NCBI GenBank assembly: GCA_039545335.1
Contig: BCIN01000003.1
Location: 1,623,941 to 1,687,940 of the forward strand
Direction: 5' to 3'
DNA: 64,000 nt
Origin: Kondoa subrosea
Lineage: Eukaryota
This document shows, piece after piece, positions 13,557 to 28,542 of the stretch (its first letter is position 1; each line of letters opens with the position of its first letter). The notes under the pieces are model-generated. The model saw only the letters and a program-made list of their open reading frames with translations. It made no database searches and was not told the origin of the DNA. A program made the translations under genes and the position numbers.

Positions 13557-14318
13557 ACCAAATTGTTACGTAGGGGCATTGTGCAGAGGTCATTCGAGAT
13601 TCTTGTATACATTTAGCATTGCTGTGATAGGTTTATGGGATTTTCATGTGCCTTGGCCTGGCGGATCGAGGAACAGCATTTTCCCCTCATCCCGACTCAC
13701 GTCTTCGCATCATAGCAGGGTTATGATTGTTGGATCTGGTGTACACCGAGGCAGTGAGGAACCCAGAGAGAGTTAAGTCCAGATTTTGACAGCTTTTAAC
13801 AATGTGCTCAAATTTGCTCGCCCGATCCGACTCGGTCCTTTGACTCCTTTGGCTTGTCTCCGTGTCTTCTTTTCCTCTCACCTATATCCTTGCCTACTTG
13901 ACTGCCCTTTGCATCGTCATTTGCTTGTCTCTCCAAAGCTGTTTCTCGGATAATATCTCGCTTGAACCTACCTTTTGGGGCTTGAGTTGTACCTCGCCTC
14001 TTGCTCTTCCGCATCTTGAGCGCTCACGTCTGATTTGCGCACAACTGCTCGTACTTGCAGCAGTCACTCATATAAACCGTTACAAACTCGCGACTCTGGT
14101 TAGTGATTTTCTACGCCATGAAATCTCAGAACGCCCGGAGCGGCAATAGCTGACGCGATGACGCCTGCTTGAATGTTAATAGGGTTGGCGTTGACGGCAG
14201 CCTCTATCCCGGATCAGAATCTCTTCCGCCAACACCTTCGAACTTCATCTCTTCTTCTTTTCCACCAACTTATCACGACATCACGAGCCACTCCTTTACG
14301 AACTTTTAACGAACAGCT

Positions 14319-14935
14319 ATGAAGTTCTTCACCATCTTCGCCGTTATGGCCGTTGCCTCAGTTTCCGCCATGCCTGCACCAAATGCTGAAAACGCTTTGG
14401 CTGAGCGTCAGTTTGGCGGTGGTGACGGAGGGGACCAAGCTACTGCTACCGCAAACGGAGCCCGCCCATGGAGAGCGTGGAAGAAAGACGTGAGTTTAAC
14501 TGATTCTCTTGCTCANNNNNNNNNNNNNNNNNNNNNNNNNNNNNNNNNNNNNNNNNNNNNNNNNNNNNNNNNNNNNNNNNNNNNNNNNNNNNNNNNNNNN
14601 NNNNNNNNNNNNNNNGGTGACGGAGGGGACCAAGCTACTGCTACCGCAAACGGAGCCCGCCCATGGAGAGCGTGGAAGAAAGACGTGAGTTTAACTGATT
14701 CTCTTGCTCAACCTGTGTTAATCTTCGCCCACAGGTCGAAGAGCGTCAATTTGGTGGAGGAGATGGTGGAAGCTCAGCTACCGCTACTGCCAACGGAGCT
14801 CGTCCCTGGAGGGCGTGGAAGAAAGATGTTCGTTTCATCCATTACATCAGGCCAAAGCTAATATCATTCAATCTTAAGGACATTGAAGGCCGTGCCGTAG
14901 AAGCACAGAACATGAGACCTGACAGGCCTTGGTAG
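14319..14935 (+). CDS. Secreted repeat-peptide precursor (KEX2-processed-repeat-protein-like / RiPP-precursor-like)
   Basis: Signal MKFFTIFAVMAVASVSA; spliced product ...LAER-QFGGGDGGDQATATANGARPWRAW-KKD|VEER-QFGGGDGGSSATATANGARPWRAW-KKD|DIEGR-AVEAQNMRPDRPW*; phase-0 introns at 14685-14734 and 14828-14878. Confidence 0.85.
14421..14827 (+). repeat. Tandem exon+intron repeat units of the peptide precursor
   Basis: 14421-14515 is identical to 14616-14710; a synonymously diverged copy lies at 14735-14827. Confidence 0.85.
14516..14615. other. Assembly gap (100 N)
   Basis: Run of N flanked by duplicated sequence. Confidence 1.
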
Positions 14936-15222
14936 ATTATACAGTCAGTCGATCTGCTTCTTGCGTTTCGACCAATTCTCATATTTTCTCAGGCAGTCTC
15001 TGCCTCTGATCAGTTGTCTCGAAACAAGGATAGAAGGGGTCAACGGTGTTCAGGGTGTGTTTATGTCTGTACTCTACGTTCAATTCCTATATAAGAAAAA
15101 AGCACTATCGTTCCTCAGCTATATATATAATGAAATCTCTCTTGTTGTCTTGTTGTACTTCATCGTGTGCCAGTACTTTCTCTTTTATACATCCCTCGAC
15201 CTCTTCTTCCATTTGTCGCTTC

Positions 15223-16159
15223 TTATCTGCTCGGTCTTCTTCGATTGCAGAACCAAGTCCGAACTTGTTTCTCCGTCTAGTCAGAATGCATGAGCGACAT
15301 CTTATCTAGAAGAAGAAGGACTAACCAGACCAGTAGTATTAGCTACCTCTTCTATTTCCTCATAGCTAGGATATTGAACTTTCGCCCACAACTGTTCCAA
15401 TCTCGAGACTTGGAAGCTTGAGAAATTACTCCTGCTTCTACCCCAAGTTACGTTTCTTCTCTGTTGATCTGCATTATTGTTACCAGTCAATTGTTCTTCC
15501 GATGCTCTTTTACTTAATCTTGAAGAATAAGAAGAAGAATCTGGTTCTTGATGAATTGGAGAAAGAGTTGATTCGATAGGTGATTTAAGTGATGGCGGGT
15601 ATGAAGAGTAAGGTGAATAAAGAGGTGAACCATTATCGTATTGATCGAAACTGCTTCTACCAGTTGTAGAACGAGTATTTGCGGAAGAAGCAATCGAGTA
15701 AGCTGAGGGAGAAGGAGGAGGATAGTTGCTATAGGCTGACGAAAGATTGTTGTAAGATGATTGACGAGAGAGCAAAGCGTTTTGAGGGTCCGTTAATGAG
15801 ATCGATCGAGAATAAAGATTATCTTGCATGCTTGATCTGGTCACAGATTGACGCGATTGTGCTTCAAAGGGATAAGATGATATTGGCTCTTCTGCATTTC
15901 CATCAGCTGTTGACCACCTGCGAGAACGAGAAGAAGGATAAGGTGAACTTGACGCGCTTTGGTTGATATAGGCTTGTTCACGTTCGCTTGTCGGAAAGCT
16001 TTGCATAGGAGGTAAAGTAAACTCATCTTTGGATGGAGTATAATCCAGCAGAGATAGCGTACGGAGCGGAGGTAGCTGCATGCGGGGAGGTGCAACAAGT
16101 CTACCGTTGTTTGGAAGAGTCCCGCCGCGCAAGTTGTTTGCAGGAAATGAGTAATTCAT
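15223..16159 (-). CDS. Homeodomain transcription factor (C-terminal non-TALE homeodomain)
   Basis: S/P-rich N-terminus, then RSRSNFSSFQVSRLEQLWAKVQYPSYEEIEEVANTTGL|TEKQVRTWFCNRRRPSR*; intron at 15277-15325. Confidence 0.85.
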
Positions 16160-16805
16160 CGAGGAATAATTTTGGCAAGATTGATGAGGACGAGGTAGTT
16201 TAAAAACAAAAATCAGAGATTAGTTGAGCGCAATGCACAGAGCTGCTACCATGCAATTAACGGGAACGAGGCCTATGTGAGTAGAATAATATGAACTTTT
16301 GGCTACCACGGTAACGATCGAATGCATGAGAAGAGGGTCCAATAAAGTTCATGAATGACAGTGAATGTCACTTTTGGAAGCAGACTAGAAGGGTCTTGTC
16401 TTGCCAAGTGGTGCATGGCCCTTGTATCGATGCACCTTCCTGCATGGAAACTGTAATAGAAAGCGCCTATAGCAATCATCCGTTGACTAATTACAGCAAG
16501 ACAGTAGCGGAAGCTGTCAGTCAGCTGCCCGAGGAGGTGTTACCACGGAGTCAGGGTAAATTAAGAGAAGGCAAGACATTTGTCGAATGCACGGTGCAAG
16601 ACGTCGAAGGAATGTGTCCTGCCATAGACTAGCAGGTGGACATATCTTGCAACGGCCACATGCAATTGTCCACAGTCGATTACCTTACAGGGCACATCGT
16701 AGGCACAGGTCAAGAAAAATGTTAGGAAGCTATTTTGGAGAGCATCAGTCGACCAAAGCAACCTGCAAGACCTGCACTTCATAAGACTACTGCAAGGGAA
16801 TCAGT

Positions 16806-18064
16806 ATGGCCAGACGATTGTCGCGAGTGTACAGCAAGAATTTTGAACAGTGAGCAAGAAGTATGCAAGAGGGACGGCGAACTGGCTGAATGCGATGGTA
16901 TAGGCGTCCAGTAATCACATTAACAATCACCAACGCATGTCTTAACGGAATAGGCGACTCCTGCGCGCAAATTATCCCAATGCTGGTGAGTTCTGTACTA
17001 TGTCATTCTGGTTTACGAGCTGAAAACGGGTTTCACAGACTGCTGCTGATCCTATGCTTCATATTGGATGGGATCTAGCTCGTTCGCTGAGATTTGTAGC
17101 CTTCGGAGCTGCAATGGGTCCAGTAAGCCAAATTTACATGGCGAGACACTGCCAACTGAATGCCTATGATCAGGTAGCGGCGAAATGGAACTACTTCATT
17201 GAGCATGCTTTTCCTTTACGACCAGGAGCTGTAATATCGCATCCGCAAAAGCTGAATAAAGTCAAGATCGACGAGAAAGAAGTACCGCTCACACCTACTT
17301 CGCAGCGAAATACAACACCAGCTGGTTCTCCCTTTTTGGCATCAGACGAACTTAAAGCTCGACAAAGACCTTCTTCTCCTAACAATTTATCTTCTTCTTC
17401 ACCTCATATGGCACCTGATTCTTTTGGTCCATCTGCTCTTTCGCTCAACGAGAAGGAAAGCTTTACTACTTTAGACAAGGGAAGGGAAAAGACAGGGTAT
17501 CAACAGACTTTAGGGCCTGCTGTGGTTGCTGGCGCGCCTGCTCAAGCTAGTGTCAGTCTGGTTCAGCTATTCAAAAGATTAGCTGCAGATCAGCTCTTCA
17601 TGTACGTGATGATGGGATGCATTCGTTTCGCTCAGACTGATTGAGATATAGGGCTCCTCTGGGCTTGATTGTCTTCATTCTCGCGATGTGTTTGATGGAA
17701 GGATTCAACTGGGATCAAACGAAAGCGAAAATCGCTACAATGTATTGGCCTGTACTGAAAGCGAATTGGCAAATATGGCCTTTCCGTGAGTCGTGCTGAC
17801 TCTTCACTGAAACGCAAAACTGAATCACCCTTCGCAAGTCCAACTGTTCAGCTTCAGGTTCTTGCCTCTCAAATGTAGGCTTCTTCTGATGTTCCTTGTT
17901 GCTCTACTGATCAGCCCCCACTAGATCGAGTACCTTTCTCAGCCAGTTGCGGTATCTTGTGAGTCAAATTATCTTTCTATATACCGTTCCAAGCTGAATG
18001 ATACTGTAGATGGACGGTCTTCATATCAACCAAATCTGCAAAGTCTTCAGCTAAAGTCGCGTAA
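16806..18064 (+). CDS. Mpv17/PMP22 family membrane protein (Sym1-like)
   Basis: RPVITLTITNACLNGIGD..AQ, WDLARSLRF, KRLAADQLF and LKANWQIWP motifs. Confidence 0.9.
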
Positions 18065-18203
18065 TTATGGGTGTCTTGTATCGTTTAGAATAGCTTCATG
18101 CCATAATGTCATGTTCAGATTGTAAGACATTGTTTCTAATTGCTTGTTCCAAACCAAGTTCTCGCACATCCTGTGGCCTATTCGCTGGAACATACCTGTA
18201 GCT

Positions 18204-21172
<2,969 letters not shown>

Positions 21173-21219
21173 TATGTTGTGTATTTCACATTTGGTTATT
21201 ATTTGGTAAACCTTCATAG

Positions 21220-23594
21220 CTATACCACTCTATTACGAACTAGCAATGCATGAAATCGTTCAAGTAGACTCGTAGTGCCCTTCACCTGAGGCCGTCCTTC
21301 TTTGCTTGGTAAAACCGCCATCTTATGCTCGCTTCCGCTGATGTTAGAGGAGCCCTCTGCCTCTTCGCTGTTCTGACTTGCTTGAGTAACTGATGCCTCG
21401 GCGCCGAGTCTGCACGGTCCGTTAAGCGTTGCTGGCCTGACAGCAAACCTGGCTACAACATCATCCAAAATCTGAATTGCGACCCCGGGTCCAACGTCGA
21501 TTCGTTGACCTTGCAGCAAGGCTTGAAAACGCTGGTCTGACAGTTGGTTTGCCGCTTGAGTAAAGGTAGCATAGCGATCCGCTTCTTGCAATACAGTTTG
21601 TTGATCTTGTGCGTTCATTTGAGAGAGCAATTCATCAATTACTTTAGTGAAAGAGCCCAGCGGTGCGGCTTGATCGCGCCTGTAAAGATCACAGGAAGAT
21701 GTATACCAAGCTGAATAAGCTTTCACGAGTTCGGGCGAGTTTGCGCAGAGATCGTGCAGAAAGACGTGTAGATCGGCTTGATGGTGGAGGCATAGCTCGA
21801 AGAAACCCTGAGGAGATGGATCTGACTTGGCTGTCTTCAGCATATCTTCGATGAAGCCTTGAAGATTCGACACAGCATCGGGAAGATCGCTAGCTTTGTG
21901 TGTTTCGCGAATGATTCCTAAGAACGGTGAAATCCCTTAGTCCAGCTGTCGTCTAAACAATACTGTCTCGACTGACCTTTGAAGGAGTCGAGTAGCGATG
22001 TTAGAGCAGATGTAAGCGAGTCGTTTGGGTCGTCACAGAAAGACTTCTCCATCAGCTCGCGACTGATGCAACAAGTCAGCGCTCTCCGACATCTGTCTGA
22101 TCACGGAGCTTACTCCCGACTGGATAAACAAAAAGTCAAATACTGCAACAAATCTTGATGTACTTCCTCGCTTGCAGGAGCTGAAGCATTGCATTGCTCT
22201 AGTATAATCAGTATGATAGAGCGATTCTGGGCCACTGGTGTATCTGATTCAGCCGACGGCTCAGCGCTGGTAAGCGGACTTACAGCTAGCATCCCTGATA
22301 GCTTGGTGTTGTTCCCTGGGGAAATCATACACATAGCGTCGAATTGAGTCTCGCTGATCTGATTGCATGGAGCTGCGTTTGTCCATGGAGGCGATTTTGC
22401 CATCGAGCACTTCTTTGTCTTTGAGCATCACACCCGATATAATCCTGATAGATGCAATGAGCCAGTGCAAATCAGGACTTACAAATTCTACTTACCGGAG
22501 CATAAGATTGCGCTTGGAGCTACCAAGGAATTTAGAATTCGAGAAGAGGACTAGCAAGAAGGTTCAGCTGCATATAGATGAAGCTAAAGAGCAGTGAGAC
22601 CTTTCCCAACTGCTGAAGCACCGCTAGAAGCATTGATGACTTTAAGAGCCGATCCTACATAAATACTAGATTAGCCAATAAAGCTTGGAATGCGCAGATT
22701 GACTTACGCAAAGAGCCGTAAGGCAATTGTTTGTGCACTCGCTCAACTTGACAAACGGATCATCAGCGTACATCGGTTGCGTCGAAGACCGCAGACGAAC
22801 TAAGGGTGACAATGCCAGGGCCAGCAGCAGAAACACAAAGCAAATAATGCAGAAACGAAGCAAATCTGACGCGGGCATCAGATCAAAACCACCTGAAACA
22901 GCCATTCCGTACATTACTGTAGCATATTGATGAGCAGCCTGAAGGTACTCGGGTAGATTTTTCAGTTCAGAAGTATCCGTCGCAATCTTGATGATTGTAT
23001 CGGATCCTCTCTCGTAGACCAGCTCCTGTATGAAGACGTTCCAACCTTCTTTCACATCTTGTGCGCTTCTCAAGTCATAATGCTCTTTCTTGGCTATGTT
23101 CAGACGAGGAACACCAGCTGTTATTCCACGGAAAGCTTTCTCGGCGATCACGCAGATTCCAGCACCCAAGATCTTACGTCTTGAAAGTGAACCTGCAAAA
23201 GTACATTAGGTCTGAAGTGTGGGTCTTCAACCGCGCAGCACACCTTTGTCGAAGGAGTCGGACAGATCGTTGGCTGCTAAACTCTCCAGTAGCGATGCAC
23301 CATTTGCATGCATCTGCTTCATCTGTACATCTGTGGTGTGGAAGCCAGGGCATCGGAGTAAAATAGCAAAGAGCTGGCTCAGAATTGGCGAAGGAGGTTG
23401 AGCAGGAACGCCAGCTATCGGTTCGAAAGGGGGTCCAGAAGAAGACACACGGCCAGGAATCCTAGAATAGCGGTGAGCGGCTTCCTGTAAAGGCTGCAAA
23501 GGACAGTTTACTTTAAAGATTGGAACTCGTGCAGCGTTTCCGCAGACGTGAGAATCTCATAAAGCGACGTGTACTGTTCTACAGACACAGCCAT
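21220..23594 (-). CDS. PX-associated (PXB) / DUF3818-like protein
   Basis: LYEILT..E..EF..IPG..SGPPF; SLLESLAANDLSDSFDKG; PTQPMYADDP; HHQADLHVFLHD, recognised from memory of this fungal family. Confidence 0.6.
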
Positions 23595-23788
23595 GGTGGT
23601 ATATTATGTGTCCGGATATCGATGTGTGTGAGGTATATATGGCTACTGCGTAAGGAACAGCGTAGTACATACGTAATTAGAAGAAGATCACGTAATCAGG
23701 TGATCGACCTTCACAAGACAAACACACAGGAGCTAATGGCAGGCGACAAAACATGCACATTTGTTATTATACTACACTCGCTGGCAAA

Positions 23789-25026
23789 CTATTCACCAGT
23801 TTTCAAATTGGTCAAACACCCGACATCTTTCCCCTTGAAACACATACTGAACCTCGAACTCACGCAACGAGTATCAAATGGTTGACCCTGTTTCCTCCAG
23901 GGCAGGAGCATCGATTGGCTGGGCTTCCTCTGATTGCTTTGCCTTTTTGTCCGCTTTCTTCTGCATAGCCGTTCGTCGGGAATAACACTTTCCCTTATGC
24001 CCAGCTTCCCAGTCCGCTTGAGCACACGATTTAGAGCAGTACATGGCGATAGAACAGCTGTCAAATCATTTCAAATCTCATATCAGTGCGCTACAAATGC
24101 AGGGACTTACCCTCCGCAAAATTTAAATCGTCGACTAATTTCCGAAGGCCTGCCTCTTTCAAGATCGGAAGATGATAGCGGCTACAACAGATGCAAACAA
24201 GAAATGGGCAGGTACGTAAAGAAAGAAAATGGTGATGCTGCCGAAGGTGATCGAGTCGTTCCTTTGTAGTTTGTGCGACGCTAAACATGTCTGGATCTAC
24301 CAAACAGACAGCTGGTGCTCTGGTAGTCTGCAAGAAGGGGAGGTCGAAGAGAAAGCTGAAGGCATAAAGAAGTATTTCGAGAAGGTCTTCTGGATCATCT
24401 TTTGTCTGTTGTAAGAGTACATTATGGTACATCCGCACGCTCATAGAGCATACGCGTTGAAGACCTGGATCCTTGAAAGTTTCGAGAGCTAGAAGCGTAT
24501 CACAAGCCAGCGTATTCTTGCTGATTGACCGAAGGAACCCTGCCAAAACTCGCGTCGCGTACTCGTACAATGTTTGGCCCTCGTCAACCAGTACAGTGAG
24601 GTACCAAACTGTATAATTGAGTGCCACAGCCAGCAGTCTTGCAGCCTGGCCAACTGGTAGACGCTTGAAGCAGTTTGTAAGGTATAGAGTCTGTTGGCAG
24701 GAACTGGCGATAGCCAGTACCTCAGAAGCTGATTTCCCTTCCATTGCTGCTATCGTAAGGCAATAATTAAGAATAACTTCGGTTCGTTCGCTGCAAATTC
24801 TTCGGTACACTATTTTGTAGAGTGCTGCCTGCTCGTCAAAAGTGAGTGCGAGTTGTTGCAATATGGCCGGCGGCAGATCTAAGCTGTGCGCGCCCAACGA
24901 TTGGTGATCTTGCGCTTCAATCTTTGCAACCTGCTGCTCGACCAAAAGTGTAACAAGATCGAGGACTTCGCTTGGAAGCTGCTGTACAGATAATGCGCAG
25001 GTCGGAGCACTGTCAGAGGCAGGCAT
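23789..25026 (-). CDS. Hypothetical helical protein
   Basis: 311-aa ORF with a GTAAGT donor near 24109 that can splice in frame to the ORF ending at 23789. Confidence 0.5.
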
Positions 25027-25158
25027 CGCAATAGACTATGGGTCGTTTCAAGAAGAGATCAGCAAACGAGAATTGTGCATTCTCAAGGCAAAAGTACAAA
25101 AAGCTAATGAATATTTACATGCGAAAAGGTAACAAGCCCAATAACCGACAGACGCCGC

Positions 25159-25773
<615 letters not shown>

Positions 25774-26102
25774 TGTGGAATAGAGTGGGTGTTGTTTGGG
25801 TTGGTGAAGTTTGAAGAATATGGATGAGGAAAAGGATGATGAACCTGTGCAGAGCCGTTATAAATGCCGTCTGACGAAATCAAAACAACGGCCATTGATC
25901 CGGGGGCTGGAATTAAGATCGCACGTGACGGGTCTTTTCTCTCACTTGAACAGTCGAATCAGCCCGGTGTTGTTTGTTTTCCGTTGAGTACTTAAACCGA
26001 CTCTTCCATCTTTCAATCTTCTTCTCATCACATCAACAGCTCTTCAGCTAACCAACACAACTCTTCACCCACTCTTCACCCTTTACTTAAACTTATAACA
26101 AC
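25774..26102. promoter_or_regulatory. Bidirectional H3/H4 promoter
   Basis: 329-bp spacer between divergent histone ATGs; TATA-like TTATAAA near 25858; central CACGTGAC at 25922. Confidence 0.7.
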
Positions 26103-26574
<472 letters not shown>

Positions 26575-27494
26575 GTGGGACGGAGCTTGTATTCTTTATG
26601 TTCTTGTAGATATTTGCATTGGAGCTTGTCTCATTGTACCACTTTCATCTTGCCTGACTAGGCTTTCTGAGCTTTCCATTGCTTTGCTTGCATCGGAAAG
26701 CATATCATCAGCAGGCAGAACTTGACTCGTATTGCGAACAGAGGCTCGAATGACTGGCGAGAAGTTATAGCAGCTACATTACAGTACAGACGGACCAAGG
26801 TGTTCACAGCTCTACGCATGGAACTTCTACAGCAATCAGGGACATCGATCCTGACATACGAGCTGGACCTTTAATGGTGCTATGATGATGCGATGGGCTG
26901 AAGAAGCAGAGGTAGACTTGATGAAGATTCGTTCCCTGCTGCGCCCTGCTGCGAATATCATGTATCGGCCCATACGAAACAAAGCTACTGGTTGAGATGG
27001 GCTTGGAAGCAGGAGAAGCAAATCGCGTCGGTACAGCAAGGTAAATGATGAAAGAGCTCGAAGACGTCGCGCAGTTCCGACGCAACGGGCTCGAACGCGA
27101 AAACATGCAATGCAAGGACAATCTTCTTGCATCTTCTCTTCTCATATCAGCGGAGCTTCTTGCTGAGGATTTGATGCGTCAAAGATTGGCAGAGGTAGCA
27201 AAGCGGAACAAGATAGGAAGAAGAAAAGGAGGACAAAGAGGGAGCAAGATGATGTTCGTTGTTGGGGAACAAGCAGCAGTAAATGAGTGTTATGTAATTT
27301 GGACAACGCCTCGGCTTCATAGGTCAGTGCGCTTTGTTTTGTTGAAGATTTGGTAAGGACGCGTTGAACAGCGTATTCTAAGCTGTAATACAGTTGCATT
27401 GCCGTATTGGATATGCAGCCAAGTGTATCTACTACAATGCGACGTGTTTGAGCTTCTGCTGCGATAACATTTGAGCGATTTCACTCACCAGTAG

Positions 27495-28094
27495 CTAAGC
27501 TTGCTCCTCCCTCCGTCTCTCCTGCCAGAATCCTCTCCCATACGAAAGCAGTAGTTCCTCGCCTTTCTTGATTTCCCTCAGAGTGTAGATACCCATTCTT
27601 GTCCTCTCAATCCCATCCACCTTCACACTTCTCATCCGAAATTCCACATTCGCTCTCACTGCATTTGGAACTCCTCTAAAATCATTGCAGAACCTCGCTT
27701 CACTCCCACTTGAAGCAGCATCTATTGATAAACCTTGTTCTCGATCAAGTGAAAGATCATAATCTGATTTGGGATCTGATTCTGCTTCTGTATGCACATG
27801 TCCGGTATAATCGACTAGCCAGGTATTAGCTGAGAGTTTGACTTTAGCGAAGAGCCCAGATTGACCGAAAGCAGGATGAGAAGAATCAGAAATAGGTAGG
27901 ATCTTGATGTTTCTGCTTGAGGGCAATGAATTGGCAGGAGGAGGAGGAGGGATAGAAGAGCAGTACTGAGCTTTCTGAGCAGCTGTCAGGGAGCGAGAAG
28001 ATGTCGGTATGGCCAGAAATTTGACATTTGAGGGCCAATTGGACACTTTGCTGGATTTTGACTCATTGTGCGGCTTGAGCTGATCTTTTGTCAT
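27495..28094 (-). CDS. Small SET-domain protein (putative lysine methyltransferase)
   Basis: GQSGLFA, DYTGHV, ARFCNDFRG and IKKGEELLLSYG; intronless, 199 aa. Confidence 0.85.
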   Translation of the reverse strand: MTKDQLKPHNESKSSKVSNWPSNVKFLAIPTSSRSLTAAQKAQYCSSIPPPPPANSLPSSRNIKILPISDSSHPAFGQSGLFAKVKLSANTWLVDYTGHVHTEAESDPKSDYDLSLDREQGLSIDAASSGSEARFCNDFRGVPNAVRANVEFRMRSVKVDGIERTRMGIYTLREIKKGEELLLSYGRGFWQERRREEQA

Positions 28095-28171
28095 CCTCCC
28101 TATTCTTCGGATGAGTCCAAAGTGTTCAGTTCATCGTCGACACTTGATTCACCTTCGGTTCGCAACCCTGT

Positions 28172-28423
28172 TCAAACGCCTATCCTTTGCTCTCGAGACC
28201 TAGCTTCCCTGTCTCCCGCTGTAGAAGTAGCAGCCAATCTACCCAACAAGCTAGGATTCGTGTTGATTTCTGCAGCTGTAGGAGCTTTCGAAGTATCTTT
28301 GGTTGGCGTGCTGCCGTTCCCTCCCTGCTCTGTCTCGTTGCTTCCTTTCTTTGCAAGCAACTCTTTCAATTCGCTCAGATCATTCTGCTTCAGCGTAATC
28401 AGAGTTGGCGGTCGTCGAATCAT
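28172..28423 (-). CDS. CDC26: Anaphase-promoting complex subunit Cdc26/Apc12
   Basis: Internal ATG of the listed ORF gives MIRRPPTLITLKQNDLSEL, the Cdc26 N-terminal signature (MLRRxPTxIxL). Confidence 0.8.
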   Translation of the reverse strand: MIRRPPTLITLKQNDLSELKELLAKKGSNETEQGGNGSTPTKDTSKAPTAAEINTNPSLLGRLAATSTAGDREARSREQRIGV

Positions 28424-28542
28424 GCTTAGATGTGCTTTGCTCAAAATCTTGCTTTGTTTGACTGCAGGAGATAGTTTTGGCTCGTCACAAATAGCAATGA
28501 ATGACCTCTTATGTTGCGAGATTCTTTGCGAAAGCGAATGCA

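Noticed and set aside
13579..14149. Short ORFs between the subtilase and the peptide precursor
   Set aside because: Pyrimidine-rich intergenic sequence without coherent gene structure; more likely promoter
14421..14827. CRISPR-like or non-coding repeat array
   Set aside because: The repeats are in-frame coding exons with splice signals in a eukaryotic genome; no unique spacers and no cas genes
15105..15235. Alternative frame RADKKRQMEEEV... after the homeodomain, suggesting a frameshifted longer C-terminus
   Set aside because: The purine-rich sequence leaves several frames open by composition, and the homeodomain frame is complete as read; raw reads would be needed to claim an indel
14319..16159. 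Mating-type locus (pheromone precursor plus homeodomain gene)
   Set aside because: The peptide has a signal peptide and no CaaX, unlike basidiomycete lipopeptide pheromones; there is no divergent HD1/HD2 pair and no STE3 receptor in the window
26800..27400. Overlapping 85-113 aa ORFs and a possible box C/D-like motif downstream of H4
   Set aside because: No recognisable motif, consistent splice structure or guide complementarity that I can support
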